Shown here: piece after piece, positions 52,249-63,194 of the stretch
Layout: each line of letters starts with the position of its first letter
How positions within the stretch are numbered: the stretch's first letter is position 1
Source of the DNA: an uncultured Planctomycetota bacterium
GTDB lineage: Bacteria > Planctomycetota > Planctomycetia > Isosphaerales > Isosphaeraceae
NCBI GenBank assembly: GCA_963823665.1
Contig: CAWGMQ010000007.1
Span: forward strand, 1 to 64,000
DNA: 64,000 nucleotides
Direction: 5' to 3'
Notes under the pieces: generated by a model
What the model saw: the letters and a program-made list of their open reading frames with translations, nothing else
Told to the model about the DNA's origin: nothing
The model's database searches: none
Position numbers and translations under genes: made by a program

Positions 52249-55200
52249 TTATTTGCCGGAGGGCCGTTCGGGAGCGGCCATAGCCGTGATCAGGGCTTTG
52301 ACGTCCTCCCTCGAGAGGAGCAACTGGGAGTCGGGGTGGGACTCGATCATAGGTCGGTCTCGGAAGCCCCGCGCGACGGCGAGTTTCAGGTTGGCGGCGG
52401 CCTGATCGAGGTCAAGCCCGCGGACCGACAGGGCCGGCGGTGGAACGGGCGTCTTTCCGTAGCCGATCAAGGCAGCCCCCGTCGTCTGCTTGAGAGCCAG
52501 CGCGGCCAGAAGAGCGGCGGGCCGATCTTGCCACAACGCCACGCGCTGAGAATCAACCCTGTCCGCCTCCGCCGAGTTCTTCAAAACGCGCAGAACGCGA
52601 GCGAGCTCCCAGTGGGCAACGCTTTGCCACTCGCGACGAAGAGCTTCTGTAGTCGACGACTCCGCGCCCTCCGACAGAGTCGTCACCGCCCGCTCGAGCA
52701 ACTGGCACGCTTTTTCAGGCTCTCCCTGGTCAGCCAGCGCGCTCGCCTCTTGGACCAGTGCCGCTCCCAGCCGAGCCTCGCGCACTCCATCGCCCGGCGT
52801 GCCAGACTCGGTCCGCTCCAGCACGCCCACCGCCTCCGCAGAACAACTCCCGCGCGCGGCTGCGTCGCCGGCATGGCGCTCGATGTTCCCCAGCGTGGAG
52901 AGTCCCTCCGCCAGATCGAGAAGATAGGCACGCCTCTCCGGATGGGCGGCAAGAAGCTGCCGGCGCATCTCAATCGCTTGCCGGTAGTACGGCAACCCAC
53001 GGTCGACCTGGCCCAGGTCGATGTATTGCTCTCCCAGATTGTCGAGGTGGTTGATCCGCAAAGCCTTGTACTCGCTGTCATCCGGAGAAAGTGCGATCGC
53101 GCGCTCTTGCTCCTTGACGGCTCGCTCGAATGCGGGAAGCGCCTGGAGGTTCTGGCGCTGCTCGTCATGAAGCCAGCCCAGAGCGTTCAGGCTCCGTCCC
53201 AGCGATCGATGAAGCCTTGCCTCGTCCGGATGCGACTGGACGACTTTCTCGAGGATGTCGATGGCCGCCCGCAAGGATGCAAAAGCCTCGGCGTCACGAT
53301 GCGCCCGGTGCTGGATGTCGGCCATCACTTCGTACGTTTCCCCTATGTGCTCCTGGAAGTTGGTCACCGATGGGTGCGCGGCTGCGAGCCGGGCCCGGTA
53401 CACAAGCGATTTTTCCAGCGACTCGAGAGCCTTGTCATAACGAAGGTTTTGTATGTGGGCCGTGCAGATGTTGTAATGTGTAAGGGCCAGCATATTGAGC
53501 AGCTTTACCGGCTTGGGCCCGGAAGACGCTTGGTCGAGGAGCGACTGGCATATCCCTTGTGCTTCTTCGAAACAGCGGATGGCATCGACATACGCACGGC
53601 GCTGTGTATACACGTACCCCAGGACGTTGATGAATTCGGCCAGTTTCTGCCGATAGCTGTTCTCGCCCGGATGGCGGTCGCACAACTCCTGCTGGATCGC
53701 CCGTGCCTTCTGCAGGATTTCCAGTCCTTGATCGCCAGACTCGAGCTTCCCCTGTATCGCCCCGATTTCCGAATAACAATCCGCCAGACGTGCCCGGTCG
53801 TTCGCAGGGTCGAGATGCCGCGCCGCGAGCGGCTCCAGGATGGTCCGAGCCTCCTGAAGTGACGCCATCGCCCCCTTGAGGTCCCCCAGCGCCGATCTCT
53901 GCTGGCCGATCGCGAGCCCGCAAGCGGCGACTCGTGCCGCAAACTCGTGATTTTTGGGGTCACCCGCGGCGAGCGATTCCCAGATGACCCGCGCCTTGCG
54001 AAATGCTTCGATCGCCTCCGTTCGAGAGTCGATCTCCAGCGTGATCTCCCCCACACGGAAATAGGCGTTTGCCAGTTGCCGGCGCAGGTTGGGATCGTCG
54101 TTTCGCTGACTGACGAAGCGCTGGTAGTACGTGAGCGCGGATTTCAGCAGATCCTGTCGCAGGCTCCGGATATCAACCGAGTTTTGATACTTGAGCAGCG
54201 TGTTCTGGCTGACGCTGGTCAGGTAGTCTTCCACGGCCGTCTGGGCCATGTCGAAGTTGCTCTGGGCTTCCTTGCGTGCGACTTCCTCCCGGCGCCTGCC
54301 CCCTTCGATGAGCGTGGCGGCCACGGTGGCGGCCAGGGAAATGCTGATCAAGCCGGCGGCCGCCGCAAACGTCCAGGTGCGGTGCCGGCGGAGCCACCGC
54401 CCGAGTCGCTCGATCGGCCGCTCGGGGTAAGCAGCAACGGCGGCATCGCCCAGCCACAGCTCGATGTCCTCGGCCAGAGCCCGGGCGGTTTCGTAGCGAT
54501 CCTCCGGCTGGAGGGCCATCGCCTTCAGGCAGATGGCTTCGAGTGCCTTGTCGATCGAGGCTTCGAGCTGCCGCGGCGGCGAGAACTCGCCCTTCTGCAC
54601 CGCGGCGAGCACGGCGGCGACCTTGTCTCCCTGGAACGGCGGCTTGCCGGTCAGCACGCTGTAGAGCGTGGCGCCCAGGCTATAGACGTCGCTTCGGGGC
54701 CCCAGCCGCTCCAGGTCGCCCTGGGCCTGTTCAGGGCTCATGTAGGCCGGCGTACCCATCGCCGAGCCCGGTAACGTCTGCGTCGACCCGCCCGCTCCCG
54801 AAAGCATCAGCGGCCGTTCGCCCGATCGCACGCCGCGGCTCATCCTGGCCCAGCGGCTTGGCTAGCCCCCAGTCGACCACCAGCGTCTCGCCGTACTCGC
54901 CGATGATGATGTTGCTTGGCTTGATGTCGCGGTGCAGGATGCCGCGGTTGTGCGCGTAGTCGATCGCGTTGCAAACGTCGATGAACCGGTGCAGCAGCTT
55001 GCGCAGCTCAAGCGACCGCCGGCCGGAATCGGCTTTCAACTGCCCATCGGCATGGAACCGGTCGATCGTGTCCTTGAGCGAGTCGCCACGGATGAATCGC
55101 ATGGCGTAATACGGACGGCCGCCGGCGTCCGAGCCCAGAGCATAGACCGGTACGATACCCGGGTGCTCGAGTCCGCCGGTGACCTCGGCCTCGAGCAAGA

Positions 55201-55780
55201 ACCGGGCACGACTGATCGAGTCGTCGACGTGCTGATCGAGGATTTGCTTGACAGCCACCTCGCGGTGCAGCTCGGTATCGAGAGCGACGAAGACCGCTCC
55301 CAGCCCGCCCTGGGCGTGCTGGCGCAGGATGCGAAATCGCTGGCCATCTGACGGTGACCGATCCCACTGTGTAGGCGACCGTGCCGTCGGAATTCTCACC
55401 AGCCAGCGTGGGTTCCAGCCCAGGAGGGACAATCGAGCCCGTCGATCTCGGTATCGACCAGCCGAGCCAGGCTCTCGCGGATCGGACGGACCGGCGGTGA
55501 CGGCCGCCAGGCTCTGCTCGGCGTCGCCCTTGAACTTCTTCAAGTGCAGCGCGACGATCGCCTCGACACCGGCACGCTGCTCGGCGTCCAGGTCCCCCCG
55601 CGCCGCCAGGTGCTCCGCGAGCGGCCGGTCCCCGGCACGTGTCCAGGCCTGAAACGCCGCAACGAGCTGACCCTGGTCGATCAGGCCGATCTGCAGCGTG
55701 AGCATCCCAAAGAGCAGGTCTCGCGATGGGTCGACAGAACGCGACACGATTGTCACCTCAGGATCGGGGCAGAGAGCCAC
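52249..55780 (-). CDS. Ser/Thr protein kinase with C-terminal TPR repeats (frameshifted)
   Basis: [39 protein letters not shown], then a TM segment and TPR-like helical repeats. Confidence 0.9.
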
Positions 55781-55880
55781 AGGTTAGAACACCGCGAAAG
55801 GGCGGCGCATCAATGCATTGTAACCGCATGCGAGCGGGATTGCTTTGCCGTGCTGCCTGTGTGCGGGCCTTACTCGCCGG

Positions 55881-57133
55881 CTATTCGCCGTCTGGAGGAC
55901 CCGCTCGTGCCGCCGCGAAAACGCGACGGGCAGCGATTTCAGACCGTTCAAGAACCAGCCCGGGCCGCCGCCGCAGTGCCTGCCTCGGGACGACCAGATC
56001 GCAGGTCCGGAATCCGGCGAAGCAGGCTGTTGATGGCGATCTGCCCCTCCAGCCTTGCCAGCGGTGCACCCAGGCAGAAATGCACACCCTGGCCGAACGC
56101 CAGGTGCCGGTTCGGCTCCCGCGTGAGGTCCAGCGTATCCGGGTGATCGAACTGCCGCTCGTCCCGGTTGGCGGATGCCAGCACGGCAAAGACCATCTCG
56201 CCGCGCGGAATGGTCACGCCGGCGATCGTCACGTCCTCACGTGCATATCGTTCCGTCGCCGTTTGCACGGGACCGTCATAACGCAAGAGCTCTTCGACGG
56301 CCGGCTTGATCAGCGCCGGGTCGTCTCGCAGCCGATTCATCTGATCGGGATGCTCCATGAGCGCCAGCATTCCATTTCCGATCAGGTTGACAGTCGTCTC
56401 ATGGCCCGCGATCAAGAGCAGCGAGATCATCGCCAGCAGCTCGTCCTCGCTCAACTGGTCGCCGGCTTCGTGCGCCTCGACCAGGGCGCTCACCAGGTCA
56501 TCTTGCGGCGCCGCACGCCGGGTTCGGACAAGCCTGCGAATGTAACGCAGGAAAGCGATCAGGGACGGGATGGCCGCGAGGATTCCCCACCGGCTCGGCA
56601 CGGTCGACACGATGGTGTTCGACCACCGGTGGAACTTATGACGGTCTGAGACCGGCACACCCAGCATTTCCGCGATGATGGTCGTGGGTATCGGCAGTGC
56701 GTAGTCGCGAATCAGGTCCATGCGTCCCCGAAGCTGGACCTCATCGAGCAGCTCGTCGGTCAGTCGCTGGATGCGATCGCGCATGTTTTCGACCAGCCGC
56801 GGCGTGAACGCCATGTGCACCAGCCCGCGCAGCCGGGTGTGTTCGGGCGCGTCAACGTCGAGCATGTTGCGCTCGAGCGGCTTGAGCATGCTCGGAATCC
56901 ACGGCTCTCTCGCCATCTGATCCGGCGTCATGGCACTCCGCTTGTCTTTGACGAAGCGGTCATCCTTGAGCAACGGTGACCACGTCTTCGTAGCGGGTCA
57001 CCAGCCAGGCGGGTCGTTTGTCCCCAAGCACGATCCGGTGGACGGGCGCCTCCGCGCGAAGCCGCGCGTAGAACGGATACGGGTTGCCCTTGAAGGCCGC
57101 GCTGCTGATGTCGACATTCTCGATCGGAGCCAT
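55881..57133 (-). CDS. cytochrome P450 (frameshifts near both ends)
   Basis: [10 protein letters not shown] start, [23 protein letters not shown]. 3' end approximate. Confidence 0.92.
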
Positions 57134-57207
57134 GGAATTCCGCCTTTCAATGGATCATCTTATCACGGCGCGGATCATCGGTCTCGACCGTAGACTTCTC
57201 CGGACGA

Positions 57208-57498
57208 TCACGGTCGCTGATGTTCGCCGACCGATTGGCTCCGATCCGCGGGAGGCTTGGTTTCCGGCTGCTCCGCTTCGGCTCTTCCCACCCCATGCCC
57301 GCACGACTCGTAATGCAGCTTCATGTGCAAGTCGTGCATCGCACAATACGCTTTGTCGATCGCCTGGTAGATCGCGCCTTTCTCGGGAAACCCAAGCGCG
57401 TCCAGTCGCCGCCGGCATCGATGAAGAAAGTGAAGCATCGGCCGGATCCGATCCCGGAGCGCTTCAGCTTGCCTGGTCGTGAGCCGCGGTCGTTCCAT
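57208..57498 (-). CDS. small hypothetical protein
   Basis: 96-aa ORF with plausible globular composition (LTTRQAEALRDRIRPML...LHMKLHYESC). Confidence 0.5.
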   Translation of the reverse strand: MERPRLTTRQAEALRDRIRPMLHFLHRCRRRLDALGFPEKGAIYQAIDKAYCAMHDLHMKLHYESCGHGVGRAEAEQPETKPPADRSQSVGEHQRP

Positions 57499-57858
57499 TC
57501 GTATACTGCATACACGTACACTTTCGCGCCGTCAAGGGTGAGTTTGAGATGCATCCTGGCGCTGGCGCGAGCGAGTCAGCCGCACGGATGCCTTGGTGGC
57601 GACCGTGCATGAGTGGCGAGGAATTGCACGCCCGCGTCGGTCCCAATTTTGCAAGCCGTTGTTCTTTACTCGCGACCTTGCGCCTGGCTCGAGGTCACAC
57701 CCCGAGGAGTTTCGGCCAACGAACGTTCATCGAGATTTCTATCAACTGTGAAGACTTTTTATACCCAACCGCGCACGAGCGGGCGCTATAATCGTTGTCC
57801 TCACCGACTTGCACGCAACGGACATCAATTCCGCGTTCGGCGATCATCCTGAGAAAGA

Positions 57859-58329
57859 ATGTTGTCGATGGATTTGCCGCGAAGGATCCGCGAGTTTCGC
57901 TATTTGAAAGGATGGAGCACGGTCGAGCTAGCCGGCCGTGCAAGGATTTCGCGCTCCGCGCTGAATCAGCTCGAGAGCGGTGCCACAAACAAACCTCACG
58001 CCGATACGCTGAAGCGGATTGCGCGCGCGCTTGGCGTTCCCATGGAATCCCTCCTGGAGTCGACGCCGATTCGAAACGGTCGCTCCGCGCGACTGCCGGT
58101 GCCCGCGGCGGCTCCGCCTGAGGTGCGGCGCGAATCGGCAACTCGATTTTCCTCGGCGCAGGTGGAGGAATTAGTTGAGATGTTCACGCTCCTTCTCTCC
58201 TCGCCGCTGGCTGAAGCACTCGCCCGAATTGTCGAGGAATCATCGAGGCTCGTACCAATCATTCCGCCGGACAGTGCGTCCGCCTGGCCGCAGCGTGTTC
58301 CTCATCGCGACACCTCTACCGGCGGCTGA
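57859..58329 (+). CDS. XRE-family HTH transcriptional regulator
   Basis: RIREFRYLKGWSTVELAGRARISRSALNQLESG...TLKRIARALGV. Confidence 0.88.
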   Translation: MLSMDLPRRIREFRYLKGWSTVELAGRARISRSALNQLESGATNKPHADTLKRIARALGVPMESLLESTPIRNGRSARLPVPAAAPPEVRRESATRFSSAQVEELVEMFTLLLSSPLAEALARIVEESSRLVPIIPPDSASAWPQRVPHRDTSTGG

Positions 58330-58444
58330 TCACGGCGGTAGTTCGCCAACAGGCCTGAGCGACAGCGACCTGTGATGAAAGTGTCTGGCAACGTACGAGA
58401 TTCGTGGTCCCGCGGGAAGTAGGGCGCACGCGTTGAGTTCAACT

Positions 58445-58858
58445 ACTCTTACTCCTGCTCTTGCTCTTGCTCTTGCTCTTGCTCTTGCTCTTAATCTTAA
58501 TCCCAATCTTAATCCTGCTTCCACCCTCCATGTCGCGCCCTCCACCCCGAACAGCCAGTTCGTTTTGTAAATTCGTCGCGCATCCTTATGCCACAAGGAT
58601 TACGGGAACGCGCTCGCTTGTTCGGCGCGGGTCTCCGACCCGCCGCGATTGTGACCGAAGGTCTCCAACTTCTTCGCCCTCCGGCATCGCGGTGTTGTTT
58701 GGCGCGGGTCTCCGACCCCGCCATGATTGTGACCGAAGGTCTGCAACTCACCTTGGTCCCGCGTTCCATGTTCAACCGTCCACACCGACCGACCACTTCG
58801 TTTTGTACATTCGTCGCGCGTCCTTACTCCACAAGGACTACGGGAACGAACGCGCTCG
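58445..58858 (+). repeat. hexamer tract + hairpin element copy 5 + two REP-like units + hairpin element copy 6
   Basis: (CTTGCT/CTTAAT)n at 58445-58519; hairpin element at 58541-58618 and 58767-58858; GGCGCGGGTCTCCGACCC..GATTGTGACCGAAGGTCT at 58624 and 58701. Confidence 0.88.
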
Positions 58859-59148
58859 GGCTAGAAGGGGAGTGACGGGCCAAACCCGAAGCCGAATCCT
58901 CGCCCCCGAGCATCCGGCTTTACCCCAGACTGGCCGTGGCGCGGCCGGCGCATCGGGCGTGCGCATGCGAGTCGGCAAATCGACGACTTTACTGATTCGA
59001 CACGCGGTCGACTGGGAAATCTCAAGAGACTTTCCGGGTTCCAGCGACGGAACCGATTAGCGAAAAAAATTGAAGCTATGTGCGCGCACGCGGTGCCGCC
59101 CCAGGCGGAGGTGGGGGGCCGTGCACGCGGACGGCCGCAGCCGGAGCT

Positions 59149-59312
59149 CCTGCTCCTGCTCCTAATCCTAATCCTAATCCTAATCCTAATCCTAATCCTA
59201 ATCCTAATCCTAATCCTAATCCTAATCCTAATCCTAATCCTAATCCTAATCCTAATCCTAATCCTAATCCTAATCCTAATCCTAATCTTAATCCTAATCT
59301 TAATCTTAATCC
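59149..59312 (+). repeat. hexamer microsatellite (CCTGCT)2(CCTAAT)21 then CTTAAT/CCTAAT units
   Basis: Directly visible; 21 perfect CCTAAT units at 59161-59286. Confidence 0.97.
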
Positions 59313-61226
59313 TGACGTCTCCGACAAAAGTTCGTCGAGTTTAGTTTTCTGCGCAAGTTAATGTAAAATCTGAGTTTATGTCCATTTCTCCCTTGACTCT
59401 AGCGAGGCGCACCTCTACATTCAAGTATCCCCTGCGAAAGGAGTTGCGCCCGCCATGATCCACATCGTTGACCCGCGGCAAAACCGCCTGTTCGACCCCT
59501 TCGAGGGCGTCATACCTCCCGCCGGTCAACGGATCATCAGCTCGGGCTGGCAGGGAGTCTTTCGACACGTCCTCCTCAAACTGATGCCCGTAGGTCAACT
59601 GGCCCAGCATTTCAGCCGGGAACTGGGAGCCCCCACCAAGGAACTGTACTCGATGGCCGGCTTGGTCTTCATGACCGACTTCTTCGACTGGACCGCCCAA
59701 GAGGCCGCCGAGGCTTACATCTTCCGCAGCGACGTCCAATACGCCCTTAACTTGGAGCCCGGCGTTGAAGTGTCGTCGCGCACGGTCGAGCGTTACCAAA
59801 AGCTCTTTCGCGAGAACGAACTGGCCGCTCAGGTCTTCCACGACGTGACGATTGGACTGGCGGAAAAGCTCGAACTCGACATCTCCCGCCAGCGGCTCGA
59901 CTCGACCCACGTCTTTTCTCACATGGCCAGCTTTGGTCGCACCAAGCTGATGGCCGTGGCAATCAAGCGGTTCCTGACCCAGGTGATCCGGCATGCCCCT
60001 GAGCGGTACGCCGCGTTGCCCGCGGAGTTCTGCGGGCGCTACGAACCGGCAGAATCGCAGTTGTTCGCCGCCGCCAAGGATGCCGAGGCTCGACAGCGGT
60101 CGCGGCAGCAAGCAGCCGAGGACTTGTGCTGGATCATCGACCACTTCGCCAATTGTCCCGACATGACGGCCCGGTCGAGCTACAAGGCCCTAGTCACGAT
60201 CTTCAGCCAGCAGTGCGAACTGAGTGAGGGCAAAGTTGTCGTGAAGGCCAAGACCGGCGGTGACTGCGTTCAGAACCCGTCCGACCTCAGCGCCGGCTAC
60301 GACGCCCACAAAGGTAAGGGCTATCAGGTGCAGATCACCGAGACGTGCAGCTCTGAGAACGAGGTGCAGTTGATCACAGGCGCTCTGCCGCAGGGTGCCG
60401 CGGAGCACGACGGCACGGCGGTGGTGCCGATGCTCGATCAACTCGAAGACTCGAAGTTGTTGCCCGAGGAGATGCTGGCTGACACGCTCTACTGCGGCGA
60501 CGAGAACGTACAAGCGGCCGAGGACCGCGGCGTGGAGCTGGTCGGACCGATCCCCGGTCGGGAGCCGGCAAGCGACCCTGGGGCGCTGACGCTGGACGAC
60601 TTCGCGGTGGATGAACGGACCGGGCGGGTGGAAGCCTGTCCGCAAGGGCACATGCCGCTTGTGGTCGAGCGGAACGAAGAAGTAGGCACGACGCGAATCC
60701 AGATGGCGGCGGCAGCGTGCGAAGGATGCCCGTTCCGCACGTCGTGCCCGATCCACCAAACGCGGGATGGTCGCTACGAGCTGGATTTCAGTGACAAGGA
60801 TCATCGGATGGCTGGGCGTCGCCGGGAACAAGAGACACCGGTATTCGCGGAGCGGTACAGGATGCGCTCGGGCATCGAGTCGACCAATAGCGGCTTGAAG
60901 AATCGGCTGAGGTTGGAACGTCTGCGAGTGCGAGGCCGCGGGAGTGTGTTCCGTGTGATCCTGCACAAAGTGGCGGGCTGGAACGTGCTACGGGCGGCAG
61001 CGTCGAAGAAGCTGCGCGCGTGGGTGAGCCGCGAAGTGGCCCAGACGCTGAAAGGAGCTGAATCTGGGCCAACTGGGCGACTCTGCGCGCTCGTTCTGAG
61101 GCTGTGGGACGGTTTTCAGATGATTTTCCGCGGTTCTCACGGCTGTTCGGTTGATCTTGGAGGCTGTTGGGCCGCTTGAGCGTGCATCACTGACAATTCA
61201 CAGGCGGCATTCTGTCGGCAGCGTCA
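59313..61226 (+). mobile_element. IS1182/IS5-like insertion sequence inserted in the CCTAAT tract
   Basis: Imperfect IRs TGACGTCTCCGACAAAA (59313) and reverse-complement TGACGCTGCCGACAGAA (61226). ATCC (or AATCCT) is duplicated at the flanks, and the hexamer tract resumes at 61227-61260. Confidence 0.8.
59455..61179 (+). CDS. DDE transposase (IS1182-like)
   Basis: RLDSTHV, NPSD..AGY..KGKGYQVQITETC, ADTLY, Cys insertion CPQGH..CEGCPFRTSC, YRMRSGIESTNSGLK. Confidence 0.9.
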   Translation: MIHIVDPRQNRLFDPFEGVIPPAGQRIISSGWQGVFRHVLLKLMPVGQLAQHFSRELGAPTKELYSMAGLVFMTDFFDWTAQEAAEAYIFRSDVQYALNLEPGVEVSSRTVERYQKLFRENELAAQVFHDVTIGLAEKLELDISRQRLDSTHVFSHMASFGRTKLMAVAIKRFLTQVIRHAPERYAALPAEFCGRYEPAESQLFAAAKDAEARQRSRQQAAEDLCWIIDHFANCPDMTARSSYKALVTIFSQQCELSEGKVVVKAKTGGDCVQNPSDLSAGYDAHKGKGYQVQITETCSSENEVQLITGALPQGAAEHDGTAVVPMLDQLEDSKLLPEEMLADTLYCGDENVQAAEDRGVELVGPIPGREPASDPGALTLDDFAVDERTGRVEACPQGHMPLVVERNEEVGTTRIQMAAAACEGCPFRTSCPIHQTRDGRYELDFSDKDHRMAGRRREQETPVFAERYRMRSGIESTNSGLKNRLRLERLRVRGRGSVFRVILHKVAGWNVLRAAASKKLRAWVSREVAQTLKGAESGPTGRLCALVLRLWDGFQMIFRGSHGCSVDLGGCWAA

Positions 61227-61260
61227 ATCCTAATCTTAATCCTAATCTTAATCCTAATCC
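61227..61260 (+). repeat. continuation of the CCTAAT/CTTAAT tract
   Basis: ATCCTAATCTTAATCCTAATCTTAATCCTAATCC right after the IS end. Confidence 0.92.
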
Positions 61261-61550
61261 CGCTCCCGCCCTTCACCCCCCACCCTGACCACCGAGTTCG
61301 GGCGTGGATTAAGCGCGGGTAACACTCCTCGACGCCATTCGATTTGCACTGGATTGCACTCGGTGCGTGAATTTCACCGCTGTTCTCCGGATGAGCGGAG
61401 ATCGACGAGGAGGAGGAGGAGCAGGTAGGAAAGAAAAGCAAAGGGAGCCGCCCAACGCGCCAGCATCGCGCGTTCGCAGACTCAGCCCTAAGGAACAGGC
61501 CGGAAATAACTTCCCGATTTCGGTCTCAATCCTACCACGACGGAAAGCCC

Positions 61551-61577
61551 TCGTTCCGACGCTCTGCGTCGGAACGG
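61551..61577. repeat. REP-like palindrome
   Basis: CGTTCCGACGC-TCT-GCGTCGGAACG, a perfect 11-bp stem. Confidence 0.7.
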
Positions 61578-61907
61578 TCTTTGTGCCGCTCCGCGGCGCA
61601 CTTCACGTAAATCGACGGAATTTGGTTCCGGCCCGTTCCTAAGTACAATATGCGACCGGTTTCAGCGATCGGCAATAAAAGCGCCCAAAAAAACTGCAAT
61701 CACTCAATCGAAGCGGCTGCAACGTCAGGAGCTGCGGCTTTGCGCGATTTCTTCGTTAATTGTGAACACGCGGTCAAATGAAAACTGACCACGCGGTCGT
61801 CCCACCGGGTGAAAAATCACCCTCCCCCTGGTCCAGACCGTCCCACGCCGGGCACAGCTCAAATTCGAGGGCATTTCAAGACACGAAGTCAACTTCCACG
61901 CTCCGGC

Positions 61908-62210
61908 CTGAAAGGCCAAAATAACCCAGCCCAGGGCATCGCCATGGGTGTCCAATGCATCGCCGTGGGTTTGCGTTCCGGTTCTAAAGACATCGGTGGC
62001 TTGCCCCTCGCGCCGACTCCGGTGTCGGCGATCGAGATTGAGCTATGTATCTTATGGGCCACTCTCGCGATTCGGCCATTTCGTCGACCAGAGAATCTGG
62101 GAATTTTATCCGGCTTGCAACGCGTGCAACGACGAATTCGATCGGAGATCGACGTTGATCCCAAGAAAGCGTTCTATAGTGTTGGTAATCCGGCCACCCG
62201 AGTCGGGCGA
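61908..62210 (+). repeat. ~300-bp diverged repeat, copy B
   Basis: Same ordered blocks as 42350-42625, starting with the REP-like head CTGAAAGGCC..CAGCCCAGGGCATCGCCATGGG. Confidence 0.75.
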
Positions 62211-62329
62211 AAACCAACGCGACATGACTGGATTACCTCGCCAGCCGCGGCGGTCGGGCGAGGTGGGCGCGGTCGCGCCATTCAGCGCGCGAACAACCCT
62301 CGTCGAAGCAGTCCCAATGGTGAACAATC

Positions 62330-62662
62330 GTGAGCAAGAAAGCTTACGGTGCGTGCCCCTCAGGATTCCGCGCCAGTTGCCGGCGGGCTTACGCGAGCGC
62401 GACTGGCAATTATGAAGAGCCAGGCAGAAACCTTGCGTCAATGGTGTCCTGTCTGCCACCCGACGACATCGACTTCACGCACTGGAGCGATCGCGTCGCA
62501 GAGCTTGCAAGTCTCGCTGCCGACGAGCACGACGAGGCGGTTATAGCGTGGCTGGGGCGGTGGATGCCCCGTTGTCTTGCGCTAGTTCCGACCGACTCTT
62601 ACCGGTCGTTCTTGCGGGGCATCTACCGCTATGCGAACGATTTCGACATCACAAAGGTCTGA
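62330..62662 (+). CDS. hypothetical protein
   Basis: C-terminal half looks protein-like (WSDRVAELA...WLGRWMPRCLALVP..FLRGIY). Start uncertain. Confidence 0.35.
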   Translation: MSKKAYGACPSGFRASCRRAYASATGNYEEPGRNLASMVSCLPPDDIDFTHWSDRVAELASLAADEHDEAVIAWLGRWMPRCLALVPTDSYRSFLRGIYRYANDFDITKV

Positions 62663-63194
62663 ACCCTCCACGCCCAACCGACGATTCGCCATCGCCCCAT
62701 GCACCGCATCAATCGACAAGAGCCCATCATCGACGTCGATACCGTCGAGGACATCGAGCCTGGGAGCCCTTCGGCGCGGACGGCCTGAATACTCGAGCGC
62801 GACCACACTCGACCCCTACATTGCCCCGTGCGAGGCGTGCGCACCTCGGGCCGATCAAATTCCACGTTGATACGGTTGGACACGCCGGAAGAGCGTATCG
62901 GGCCTTGACTGGCCGCATTTTCGCACTGGTATCTTGCGTCCCGTTCTTTGCGCTGCAATCATGGTTTTGCCCGGATCCAGGATTCGGCGGCACATTCCTC
63001 TCCTTCTGAGTTTCCGCGGTCCGTTAAGGTTTTCTGGGGGGCCGCGGGCTTTGAATCCCCGCTAGTCCAGGCATTCCACACTCGCGGAATGGCCCGGGTT
63101 TCAATCCATAAGCCTGATTTAGGTTTGAACACGCGCTATGCGCGGCGGGCCAGGCCCCTGCGCTTTGGCGTTGAGCTCGAAAGGAGGGCCTTCT

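Noticed and set aside
52195..53862. 555-aa plus-strand ORF
   Set aside because: Antisense to the TPR region of the kinase; no domain signal.
59076..59361. Poly-LG / poly-LI / poly-PN ORFs
   Set aside because: These are translations of the CCTAAT microsatellite, with no evidence of being genes.
63036..63070. GCGGGCTTTGAATCCCCGCTAGTCCA resembling a tRNA/tmRNA T-arm and 3' end
   Set aside because: No canonical TTCGA loop, and no acceptor, D or anticodon arms could be built.
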